Positions 55,295 through 64,000 of a stretch of 64,000 bases of DNA are shown here, one piece after another. A program made the position numbers and the translations under genes. Position 1 is the stretch's first letter. Each line of letters opens with the position of its first letter. The stretch is from a virus, in the IMG/VR virus record IMGVR_UViG_3300021375_000011, positions 1 to 64,000 of that record. One strand, 5' to 3'. A model generated the notes under the pieces. The model was not told the origin of the DNA, searched no databases, and saw only the letters and a list, made by a program, of their open reading frames with translations.

Positions 55295-57048
55295 GCTATG
55301 TCTATATCCGTACTATAACTTGTGAAGCCGTTTTCCTTAACAACTTTAAGCAAGTTATTTACACGCCCTGCTAGTTCATCTTTGTGTGATACAAGCCAAA
55401 TGCTTTTGCTACGCTCTCTTGCCATTTTCTTAAGCAATGCAAGTGCAGCCTCAACTCCTGATGTATCCATACCTGAATCAATCATCTCATCAATGAACAG
55501 TAAGTTGATTGCACCATACAAGCTCTCCCATACGTCACGGAAAGCCCAACTCATACTGATAATTAGCCTGTTTCTCTCACCTCTACTTAGGTTGTCAAAG
55601 TCTAAATCTCTGCCAAGTTCTTGTATTTCAACAGTTAAATCGTTCTGGAATATAACTGTGTGTGGTAATCCTATTCTATCTAAATAGTGTGTGAGTCTTG
55701 AATTCAAATAACTTAAATTTTGATCAATAATACGTTTACGCACAAAACTGTCTTTGTTTGTTAGGAGTTTCAGTAGAAAGTCTTGATGATCGTATAGTCT
55801 AGTAAGGTCATTTAGTTTGTCATAACTTATTTCAGTGGCAGCAGTGGTCTGCATTTCTACTATTTGATCAACGTAAGGATCGGCTTCTGCACGCTTGCTT
55901 TGTAACTGTGTTTCAAGTGAGGATAAAGTTGATCTATGATTGTGTGCATCAGACACGCTATCATAAAAAACTCTTGGTCTCGCTGGAACTTCCGTTTTAT
56001 CTGCCTTGAGTGCAGAGATTCCTTCCTGTATTTCTCTAAGGAAATCACTTGCCCCATTGTATTCCTCCTGTGCTTTAGCCACATGTTGTTGATGTGTTTC
56101 CATATGATCAACACTCTGTCCGCAACTGCCACAAGTGCCTGATTCTAAACTGTCTAGTGCTTTTTTAGTTCTAGTAACGTCTTTTTCTGCTCTGCCAACC
56201 TGTGCAGTTAGTGCGGCAATGTCTTTTTGTAATTGTGTTTGTGTATTGTTAAGTTCAGTCCACGTTAGGAGGTCATCCTGAGCGGCTAATTCTGCATCAA
56301 TATCAACATGTGCAAGATCCTCAATAGCAGTTTCAAACTTTTTTACGTCTTCTGCTTTCTTGTTCATCCACAGTGTTTGTCTACGTTTAAGTGCTTGTAC
56401 TTGTTCACCAATTTTGTCGTTAGCAGTTTGCAATGCTTTGATTGTCATTTCTTCCTGCTTGATATCATCACGTGTGCGTTTGCTAAGTTCTTTGATCTTG
56501 TCAGCACGTTCACTGAGTTGTGTTATTCCTAGCAGTTGCTCGATTATCTCTCTTTGATCGTTTTGTTTTAGACTCAAAAACGGTTCAGTGTATGTGTTTA
56601 ATGCTACCAAGTGTTTGAACATAGTATGACTCATGCTCAACAGTTTTAGTATAGCACCTTGTGTTTCTCTACTATCACCTTGTGCATAGTCATCTGCTTC
56701 TTGTTCGCTGTCATTGATATAAAACTTTAGTACATTGGGCTTGCGTCCACGTTCTATACGATAGCATTGTTCACCAACACAAAAATCTAAACTAACCATC
56801 ATTCCTTTTGAATTGGTCTTGTTTATGAGATTGTCACGACGTATGTTTGTGAGTGCCTCGCCATAGAGTGCATAACTTAATGCGTTTATGATTGTGGTCT
56901 TACCAGTTCCGTTACGTGAACCATCACCACCTAAGTCGATGTTCTCACCAAGTACCAGCGTGAGGTCTTGTCGGTCAAAGTTAATTGCTTGGGTAGCATT
57001 ACCCACACTCATAAAGTTTTTAACCGTAAGGTCTTTAATTTGAATCAT
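55291..57048 (-). CDS. gp46: Recombination exonuclease ATPase subunit (Rad50/SbcC-like)
   Basis: KNFMSVG, NGTGKTT, Zn hook CGSC, LSRGE, FIDEMID and VSH motifs. Confidence 0.95.
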   Translation of the reverse strand: MIQIKDLTVKNFMSVGNATQAINFDRQDLTLVLGENIDLGGDGSRNGTGKTTIINALSYALYGEALTNIRRDNLINKTNSKGMMVSLDFCVGEQCYRIERGRKPNVLKFYINDSEQEADDYAQGDSRETQGAILKLLSMSHTMFKHLVALNTYTEPFLSLKQNDQREIIEQLLGITQLSERADKIKELSKRTRDDIKQEEMTIKALQTANDKIGEQVQALKRRQTLWMNKKAEDVKKFETAIEDLAHVDIDAELAAQDDLLTWTELNNTQTQLQKDIAALTAQVGRAEKDVTRTKKALDSLESGTCGSCGQSVDHMETHQQHVAKAQEEYNGASDFLREIQEGISALKADKTEVPARPRVFYDSVSDAHNHRSTLSSLETQLQSKRAEADPYVDQIVEMQTTAATEISYDKLNDLTRLYDHQDFLLKLLTNKDSFVRKRIIDQNLSYLNSRLTHYLDRIGLPHTVIFQNDLTVEIQELGRDLDFDNLSRGERNRLIISMSWAFRDVWESLYGAINLLFIDEMIDSGMDTSGVEAALALLKKMARERSKSIWLVSHKDELAGRVNNLLKVVKENGFTSYSTDIDIA

Positions 57049-57743
57049 ATTGTTTTACTATAATCTTCTAAGGTTTTTGCCAATGTTTGACCTTGTCTTG
57101 TCAAGTAATATTGTACATAATCAAAGCAAATAAGTCTACCGTTTAGGTTTAAAAAGTTTATAATTCTGTCATATTGTTTATAATAGTTTGTTTGATCAAA
57201 CAAACTACCAAAAGGTATCTCAAGGACACGAGGATTATCAGACAGTGTTTGATTAAGAGTGCTTTGCCCTGGATCTAGATCACCTAACTTTTTCTGTGCA
57301 AGTGCATGTAAGATATTATTGCCTCTTTCATCATGCGGTAAAATGCGTATTACTTTTGCTTTTGAGAATGTATCTAGTATTAAATTTACACTTGTATCGC
57401 GCCACATATGTGTACCAAAGATCACTTGATCAAGCAAACTGTAATTTAAATTTCTTTTGCCAAGACTTTCAGCAACATGATAGAAAAATGTATCATCAAA
57501 TTTATAGTGATCAAATTGATCCATAAACTCATAGTCTGTAGTATACATATGAACCTTACCGTTGTCTGCAATGCCATAGTATTCACAACCAGTACGTAGA
57601 TAGTGTTTATCCACTATCGATATAAGCAAGTCGCCTGAGGATCCTGCTGGGTATACAACAAATATGCATGGATCGTCTTTAGTAAAGTCAACACAGTCTA
57701 TAAAGTTTCTGCTTTCTAATGCCTCATTTTTTGGCACAAGCAT
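57045..57743 (-). CDS. Hypothetical enzyme inserted between gp47 and gp46
   Basis: 232-aa AT-rich ORF with VVYPAGSSGDLLISI Gly loop and GTH motif; architecture similar to 11460..12338. Confidence 0.65.
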   Translation of the reverse strand: MLVPKNEALESRNFIDCVDFTKDDPCIFVVYPAGSSGDLLISIVDKHYLRTGCEYYGIADNGKVHMYTTDYEFMDQFDHYKFDDTFFYHVAESLGKRNLNYSLLDQVIFGTHMWRDTSVNLILDTFSKAKVIRILPHDERGNNILHALAQKKLGDLDPGQSTLNQTLSDNPRVLEIPFGSLFDQTNYYKQYDRIINFLNLNGRLICFDYVQYYLTRQGQTLAKTLEDYSKTI

Positions 57744-58756
57744 TACAGACTCCTATAGATTTCTAATAACAATTTGTTATCGTAGAATTCACTATCAATG
57801 TTTATGATTTGTTCTGTAACAATTTGGTCAACACTTTCAAACTTGATGTCGCCTGGTTGCATTTCTTCTTCCAATGCACTGCGTTTGTTAGGTATAAGTG
57901 CCATCTCACGCAGTTTGTACTTGGTTGCAAACTGTTCTTTGATGTAGTTTGCTTCTTCGTAGGATATTTCTATGTCTAAGTTTACTCTAACATGCATGTT
58001 TGGTTTTAGTATTGTGTCAGCATAGTCAATTACCTGTGAAAGGTCCAACACTTTGTACAATGGTTGATCTGGCCAAGCAATGTACTCTGGCTCTTTGCCC
58101 CATTCAAGTATCATGCAACCACGTTGATCATCACCTGCATCTGAAAAGTTGTGCGGAAATGCATTGCCAATGTAGTTGATGTTGTTTTTCTGTTGACGTA
58201 AATGAAAGTGTCCACTAAACACTGTGCCATACTGTTGGAAGTGTTCTGATTTTATCTCTCCGTGATCAGGCATTTCAACCATAGCATTCATCTTAAAGTG
58301 CGGCAGTTCAAAGTGTCCAAACATATACTGAGCACTTGCAGTTTTAATCTGCTTGTGATCATCTCCAACCAGCCAAGGAACAAGTATCACATCATCCTGT
58401 TCAAACCAGTCGTTGCATATTTTCAAGTTTGGTATGTGCTTTGCCCATTCAAAACTGTAGATATCACGTTTGTCTCTATAGTACAAGTCGTGATTGCCAG
58501 TTATAAAGTAGGTTATGTCAAAACTACGTGAAAGATTTTCTAATGCTCTTAGACTGTGGCTCATGGTTTGCAAACTTAAACTTGCTCTATGATGATGCCA
58601 GTCTCCCATGAAGATAGCAGTTTCACAGTTGTGTATTTTGCCTTGTTGTACTGCCCATTCTACAAAGTTTTCACAGTCCTGATTGTGCATGATGCTATTG
58701 CTTTTCATGCCAAAGTGGATGTCTGTGAACACTAGAGCTTTCTTAAACAAACCCAT
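57743..58756 (-). CDS. gp47: Recombination endonuclease subunit (Mre11/SbcD-like)
   Basis: TDIHFG, GDWHH, GNHD, GHFE and SGHFH metallophosphoesterase motifs. Confidence 0.95.
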   Translation of the reverse strand: MGLFKKALVFTDIHFGMKSNSIMHNQDCENFVEWAVQQGKIHNCETAIFMGDWHHHRASLSLQTMSHSLRALENLSRSFDITYFITGNHDLYYRDKRDIYSFEWAKHIPNLKICNDWFEQDDVILVPWLVGDDHKQIKTASAQYMFGHFELPHFKMNAMVEMPDHGEIKSEHFQQYGTVFSGHFHLRQQKNNINYIGNAFPHNFSDAGDDQRGCMILEWGKEPEYIAWPDQPLYKVLDLSQVIDYADTILKPNMHVRVNLDIEISYEEANYIKEQFATKYKLREMALIPNKRSALEEEMQPGDIKFESVDQIVTEQIINIDSEFYDNKLLLEIYRSL

Positions 58757-58765
58757 ATATGTGTC

Positions 58766-59659
58766 CTATTTTTTAGCGGCTTCTGCTGGTTGTAGTTTTT
58801 TTGCATCTGGTGAATTGTTAAACTGTCTTGTCCAACTTGGGTTCAACCCGTTTTGCTCTAGTATGTCATCGCGTATGTTTTGATTTTTCTTTTCAATGTT
58901 TAAGACTCTGGTAAAACTGTTTGTGATAGTAGCAGTGTAGTATGCAAATGGATTTTGGCTCTTGCTTTCATCAAACTGTAGTCCAATTTGACTCAGTTGT
59001 AGCAATGCTTGTCCACGCATTTCTTCATTGTATGTGTATCCGCGCCAGTTTGATCTAGTAGCATAACGTTCACACAATTTTATAAACATGTGTGCAAGTT
59101 TGTCAGTCATCTTACCATGGTCTTTTGAGAAGTGCCCGTTCTCCATACCACCAACCCAGTGCGATTTACCTACAATATACGGCACTTTGTTCTCATCAAT
59201 CATGTAGTGCCAAAAAGGAGGAAAGTTAAGTTTTACGTAGTTGAGATCTTGTTCAACATCACTCATCAGTTCTTGCAATCCATCATCTTCGACATCAACG
59301 TCATCCATTTCGAGGAGTTCTTCTAGTTTGCTTTTTTTCTTTTCTTGTGCTTTGGTCAGTTTCTTTGGCACCATTGGAATATGATCCCAACAAATTACTC
59401 TGAACACAAGTTCTTGGTTGTTTAGTTTTGTTGGATCGAGTATTTCGCCAGTTAGTCTTTTGATTCTATCTGCTTTGTTGCGTCTTGCTTCTGCAACACT
59501 ACGCTGATTGATCTTGTCAACACTAGGCACAATAATATCATACTGTGCAAATTCTCTTTCTAAGTAAGAACAGTAGGTATTCTTGCTTTTCCAAATTTCT
59601 TTTAGTATATCTCTGTTGTTTAGATAGTTTACTTTTCTAGGTGCTTTCACCGGTGGCAT
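58766..59659 (-). CDS. gp55: Late-transcription sigma factor gp55-like
   Basis: NYLNNRDIL..NWRGYTYNEEM..FDESKSQNPFAYYT..NSF..EKK; gene order gp55-gp47-gp46. Confidence 0.85.
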   Translation of the reverse strand: MPPVKAPRKVNYLNNRDILKEIWKSKNTYCSYLEREFAQYDIIVPSVDKINQRSVAEARRNKADRIKRLTGEILDPTKLNNQELVFRVICWDHIPMVPKKLTKAQEKKKSKLEELLEMDDVDVEDDGLQELMSDVEQDLNYVKLNFPPFWHYMIDENKVPYIVGKSHWVGGMENGHFSKDHGKMTDKLAHMFIKLCERYATRSNWRGYTYNEEMRGQALLQLSQIGLQFDESKSQNPFAYYTATITNSFTRVLNIEKKNQNIRDDILEQNGLNPSWTRQFNNSPDAKKLQPAEAAKK

Positions 59660-59688
59660 ATGATTCTCCTTAGCCTAATAACTTGCTT

Positions 59689-59717
59689 ATTATACAACAT
59701 TACTTATCAGAAGTCAA
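59689..59717 (-). promoter_or_regulatory. Sigma70 promoter for the gp55-gp47-gp46 operon
   Basis: Minus strand TTGACT-17 nt-TATAAT. Confidence 0.65.
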
Positions 59718-59768
59718 TCATTAACTACGCACTTTTTGGTAAGCATAAATAAGACTAGAGGAGTATAC

Positions 59769-61754
59769 ATGGCATATTCACAGGCAAAAGCTGACAGAAT
59801 GAATCAACTTGCACAGCAGTATCCTAAAGCACCTATTGGTACTTTAGCAACGTTGGCTAATATACCTGTAAGTGAATTGGGTAACTATACCAATGATAGT
59901 GTAGGCACACGTGCAAGTAATGCAAACTTTGGCAGAGTAACCAGCGAAGAGTCTCAGAATATTCAATCAACTGATACGGCACGTAACACTCCTGGATCAG
60001 GAACTGCATTTCAAGGTGGCGGTACTATTGCTGAACAGGCATTTGGCAAGCGACCTCAACCGGATCCGTTTCCAGCGGCTCCACCACCAAGACCAGTACA
60101 GGCACAAGATAGTGATGTAGATTTTACAGATGCGTATGGTGAAAATTTTAGACAAGCAACACCAATTCCTACACCAGTTGTGCAACCACAAGATGATGAT
60201 GTTGAATTTGCTGATGCATACGGAGAAAGTTTTCGAGAAGTTACGCCAATTCCAACAGACACACGTTTTCCGACTAGTAGGACATCAGAGCTTACGCAGA
60301 ACACAGTTGACCCTGGATTGGCAAATGCCCTACGTGATCAAGAGCGTAGAGCAATCGAAGCTAGTAATGCATTTGAGGAGCCACCAGCACCGTCACCATA
60401 TCCTGCACCTCCACCGCCACGTCCAGTAGAAAGTTTTGATGCACCTGTAGATGATTTCAGTGGTTATCCAATTACACAAGTTGATGACTTTAGTGGACCT
60501 ACTAGAAATATTACACAGGTTGATGACTTTGCCGAATATCGTCCACCAGTTACAGAAGTAGATGACTTTGCAGAATTTCAAAGTCCAAATCAAGTAAACC
60601 AATTTGGAGTAGATGATTTTGGTGATCCAGAAGCGGCACAATTTGATGCCTTTGGTGATCCACTTAGAGCTCCAGCAGATGTAAATGACTTTGAGGAATA
60701 TGGCGACTTTATCGATGAACCAGGAGCAGACTTTGATGCATTTGGCAATCCAGTTACTCCAATAGTTGAAAACGATGGAACAAATTTAGTTGGCGATGAT
60801 CCAGTTGCTGACATTGGCGACGGCGCAGAAGGTGATGGCATTGACGGAGTTGAGCAGGCAGCTATATCACAACAAGAACAAGCCGCTATTAACGCAATGG
60901 CATTAAAACAAAAGGCACAACAACAACAAACAATTAGTCAGATGCGTGAAGCATCAGGTGTTAAAAACGCAGATGGTGATTGGCGTGTTAAGCTCCGATT
61001 AGCTCCGCAGGCAACTTACTTGTACAAAGATCCTAATCCAGGTATACTTGCTCCATTAGCAGTTACAGATGGAATTATATTTCCTTATACGCCAACAATA
61101 GATGTGCAGTACAGGGCAGAATACACAAATTACTCGCCAACACACAGTAATTACATGCATTACTTTTACAAAGGTTCTAGTGTGCAAACGGTGCAACTAC
61201 AAGCAGAATTTACTGCACAAGATACTGTCGAAGCAGAATACCTACTAGCATGTATACACTTTTTAAAAAGTTGTAGTAAAATGTTTTATGGGCAAGATGC
61301 ACAAAGAGGATCTCCACCACCATTAATATATCTTACTGGATTAGGCGAATATCAATTTAACGAAGCACCATGTGCGATAACAGAATTTAACTACAACCTG
61401 CCAAACGATGTTAACTACATACGGGCAAGGAGTAGACATATAACAAGAGATGATGCACTTCAATTTCAAAAGCCATTGGCAAGTTCGACAACAAATGGAA
61501 ATTTTAGTGCGTTAAACAGGCTAAAAACAGCAGTAACAAATGCTTTAAACGGAAATACTGAACCATTACAAGTCGGTGCTCAACCATTTAAACCAGCACC
61601 AGGTAACCTGGGTACAAAAGGTGCAACCTATGTGCCAACTAAGTTGGCAATGACCATTAACTTATTACCAATTGTTAGCAGACAACAGGTCAGTCAGCAA
61701 TTTAGTCTCAAAGAATATGCAAATGGTAACTTAATTAAAAGAGGAATGTGGTAA
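59769..61754 (+). CDS. Baseplate tube-cap-like protein (gp48-type) with a long acidic repetitive N-terminus
   Basis: C-terminal IFPYTPTI..PTHSNY..EFTAQ..KMFYG..GSPPP..LPNDVNYI domain, followed by a gp53-like gene. TAAATA at 59746; RBS GAGGAG. Confidence 0.6.
   Translation: MAYSQAKADRMNQLAQQYPKAPIGTLATLANIPVSELGNYTNDSVGTRASNANFGRVTSEESQNIQSTDTARNTPGSGTAFQGGGTIAEQAFGKRPQPDPFPAAPPPRPVQAQDSDVDFTDAYGENFRQATPIPTPVVQPQDDDVEFADAYGESFREVTPIPTDTRFPTSRTSELTQNTVDPGLANALRDQERRAIEASNAFEEPPAPSPYPAPPPPRPVESFDAPVDDFSGYPITQVDDFSGPTRNITQVDDFAEYRPPVTEVDDFAEFQSPNQVNQFGVDDFGDPEAAQFDAFGDPLRAPADVNDFEEYGDFIDEPGADFDAFGNPVTPIVENDGTNLVGDDPVADIGDGAEGDGIDGVEQAAISQQEQAAINAMALKQKAQQQQTISQMREASGVKNADGDWRVKLRLAPQATYLYKDPNPGILAPLAVTDGIIFPYTPTIDVQYRAEYTNYSPTHSNYMHYFYKGSSVQTVQLQAEFTAQDTVEAEYLLACIHFLKSCSKMFYGQDAQRGSPPPLIYLTGLGEYQFNEAPCAITEFNYNLPNDVNYIRARSRHITRDDALQFQKPLASSTTNGNFSALNRLKTAVTNALNGNTEPLQVGAQPFKPAPGNLGTKGATYVPTKLAMTINLLPIVSRQQVSQQFSLKEYANGNLIKRGMW
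60060..60760 (+). repeat. Intragenic peptide repeats
   Basis: Two copies of QDxDVxFxDAYGExFRxxTPIPT (60105-60173 and 60189-60257), two copies of P(F/Y)PAxPPPRPV, and five VDDF units plus VNDF and FDAFG variants. Confidence 0.8.
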
Positions 61755-62062
61755 TGGCTGAAATAGAATATGGTTCAAATAGCATGTACTTTGACACTCC
61801 TATAGTACAAAATCAATACCTTGGTGTTATGGTTGATCGCCCAATACCAAAATTAATTGATGATCTAAGTTTTACCATTAACGAAACATATAATCTACGT
61901 CCTGATGTATTAGCATTTGACTTATATGGCGATGCCGCACTTTGGTGGGTATTTGCACAACGTAATCCAAATCAATTACAAGACCCGTTGTTTGATTTTG
62001 TCACTGGTACAACAATCTACCTACCACAAGAGTCTACACTAAAATCAGTATTAGGCGTCTAA
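61754..62062 (+). CDS. gp53: Baseplate wedge gp53-like (LysM-like)
   Basis: RPDVLAFDLYGDAALWWVFAQRNP..DPLFDF..IYLP. Confidence 0.8.
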   Translation: MAEIEYGSNSMYFDTPIVQNQYLGVMVDRPIPKLIDDLSFTINETYNLRPDVLAFDLYGDAALWWVFAQRNPNQLQDPLFDFVTGTTIYLPQESTLKSVLGV

Positions 62063-62063
62063 T

Positions 62064-64000
62064 ATGGCAAATCCGGCAGAGATCAACAGCGCCAGACTAA
62101 GTCAGCAACTTGAGATCAATCGTCAAAAGCTCGCAGTTAAAAGTTTGCAACAACAAGCTCGCACAGGAGCAAAGTGGAGCAATATTCAAGATGACTGGGA
62201 TACCAGTGATGAAAGCGTTAAACTTACACGTAGCACATTGCAAAATCTAAACGGACAAAACGAAGGATTTAAGAACAAACCAGGCTATGTTACTACAAAG
62301 GTTAAACTCACTAGAAATATTACAGAAACAAATGTGCTTGTAAACGATCTTCAAGTTGTAAAGGAAACAACAATTAAAAACGAAAACTCGTTTGAGGTAA
62401 CCAACAACTTGCCAAGAACTAGTGCTGGCACTATTGTTTCTAACGATGCTATTGCAGTTGAAAACACTGGTCGATTCACAACACCTATCGAAGGTAATAA
62501 TTTATTCCTTGACGACACTGTAGTGAAACCAGTTGTAGCAAGTCTAAATAAACCTACTAATGCAAGGTCAGCAAGTCTAAGTGGACTCGAAGATCAACAG
62601 TTAGGAGATGCCAAAGGGTCAGGATCAACTAGCACAGTTGGCGGCGGAAATACAGTCCGTAAAATTACTGCTACACAAAATCAAAATAGTGTACAAGCAA
62701 CAGGACAAGATATACAGAGGGCAACTGATGATGATTCAACCACTGTAGTGTCAAATAGCGTTGGTACTGCTAGTCAAGTGGTTGAAGGACGAACAGAAGT
62801 CGCAGCTGAATTTATGCAAACTATCACACCATCTCCAAACAAATTAGCAGGATTAGCAAGCCAAACATATGCCATATCGATATACCTAATGAACACTGAT
62901 GAGTATACACAGCTATTAGGCAGTGATAGTAAAGTTTTACCAACAGATCAACTGATAGTACAAAGTGGTGGAGCACCAGTGGGCCAACGTAACAAATTTT
63001 TTGATCTTGATTTTTACATCGAGAACTTAGAATTACTTACAACAATTGGAACACAAGGTACTGGTTCCCCTCACAATGTTGTAAAGCTATCGTTTGAGAT
63101 ACTAGAAACAAATGGCATTACGTTTCTTGAAAGACTTAGGCAAGCAGTTTGGGAGCATACCGGCGACAGATCACAAACCATTAATGGACAAAACTATCTT
63201 ATGGTGATCAGATTTTATGGTTACGATGATCAAGGTAATTTAGTAAGTAGTGCACCTGGACAAGAACCAAAACCAGAACAAACAAGTGATCCAAATGCGT
63301 TGGTTGAAAAGTTTATTCCGTTTCAAATAAACCAATTAAGATACAAAATTGCTTCTGAAGCAGTGATGTACACTATTGAGGCAACACCAACAATCATGAC
63401 AGTTGGCTATAGTACTGCACGAGGCACAATCCCATTTAATTTTCAACTTAGTGCAGTTGATGTTCAAACCTTGTTAAATGGCGATACAGAAATACAAACA
63501 ACTCAAAGACAAATTACAGACACTGACGATGACGAAGCCATGGAAGTTTCTGAACGTGCTCCGCCTGCAAAAAAAATTGGCTTAAAAGGAGCAACTATAA
63601 CACAAGGACTGGCTACTGCTCTAAATGAACATCAACAGTTGTTAGCAGAAAAAACTCCTGGTATGATTCCAGACAAGTACACAATTGAATTAGAAGACGT
63701 TGCTGGACTAAAAGATGCAAAAATGCGTAAGCAAGGCACTGTTGACAAACGTAGATCCCCACTGCAAGACAATCCAGATCCAAATCAAAAACTTAACCAA
63801 AAGAAGCAGAACTTTGATACAGATACTAAAAATTACAGTATAAATGCTGGTACACAGATTGTGCAGTTGATTGATCAAGTGATGAAGAATAGTACCTATG
63901 TAACTGCTCAACAAACAGTTGCGTTTGATGAAATAAGCAAAAAGGAAATTAAAAACACTCCAGTTAAAACTGTACAATGGTATAGAATTACACAAACTGC
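62064..64000 (+). CDS. Large baseplate hub-like protein (3' end runs off the window)
   Basis: Not in the ORF track. The frame opens at ATG 62064 (MANPAEINSARL...) and contains PNKLAGLASQTYAISIYLM..DFYIENLE..ETNGITFLERL..IRFYGYDD; it follows gp53. Confidence 0.65.
   Translation, partial: MANPAEINSARLSQQLEINRQKLAVKSLQQQARTGAKWSNIQDDWDTSDESVKLTRSTLQNLNGQNEGFKNKPGYVTTKVKLTRNITETNVLVNDLQVVKETTIKNENSFEVTNNLPRTSAGTIVSNDAIAVENTGRFTTPIEGNNLFLDDTVVKPVVASLNKPTNARSASLSGLEDQQLGDAKGSGSTSTVGGGNTVRKITATQNQNSVQATGQDIQRATDDDSTTVVSNSVGTASQVVEGRTEVAAEFMQTITPSPNKLAGLASQTYAISIYLMNTDEYTQLLGSDSKVLPTDQLIVQSGGAPVGQRNKFFDLDFYIENLELLTTIGTQGTGSPHNVVKLSFEILETNGITFLERLRQAVWEHTGDRSQTINGQNYLMVIRFYGYDDQGNLVSSAPGQEPKPEQTSDPNALVEKFIPFQINQLRYKIASEAVMYTIEATPTIMTVGYSTARGTIPFNFQLSAVDVQTLLNGDTEIQTTQRQITDTDDDEAMEVSERAPPAKKIGLKGATITQGLATALNEHQQLLAEKTPGMIPDKYTIELEDVAGLKDAKMRKQGTVDKRRSPLQDNPDPNQKLNQKKQNFDTDTKNYSINAGTQIVQLIDQVMKNSTYVTAQQTVAFDEISKKEIKNTPVKTVQWYRITQT

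Noticed and set aside
60440-60760. Periodic GATGA(C/T)TTT repeats resembling a CRISPR array
   Set aside because: The repeats are short, degenerate at third codon positions and in frame (VDDF). No cas genes are present.
1-64000. Stop-codon reassignment, as seen in some jumbo phages
   Set aside because: Core genes are full length in the standard code, and TAA, TAG and TGA all end genes.

Overview
This is a 64-kb segment of a large T4-like (Tevenvirinae-related, probably jumbo) myovirus genome in the standard genetic code; no host chromosome genes were recognised. It holds most of the morphogenesis core: terminase gp17, head completion gp4, tail tube and sheath, neck gp13/gp14/gp15, eight tail-fibre-like genes, major capsid gp23, scaffold gp22, protease gp21, portal gp20, a tape-measure-like gene, and baseplate gp26/gp51/gp53-like genes. 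It also carries gp32 SSB, dNMP kinase, gp46/gp47 and a gp55-like late sigma factor. Many TAAATA/TAAGTA late promoters, several sigma70-type promoters and intrinsic terminators are visible. Accessory enzymes are interspersed among the core genes: three radical SAM proteins, an SDR, a sulfotransferase, two glycosyltransferase-like genes bracketing the fibre cluster, an ATE/Bpt-like aminoacyl transferase, and a TMEM65-like membrane protein. The most notable observations are: (1) a ~480-nt hairpin-rich non-coding element directly downstream of a minimal GIY-YIG nuclease; (2) a dispersed putative virion-modification enzyme set; (3) modular head proteins that look like protease-processed polyproteins; (4) a -1 frameshift joining gp26-like and gp51-like frames; (5) apparently leaderless late mRNAs. 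All family assignments come from motif recognition by eye; no database search was run.
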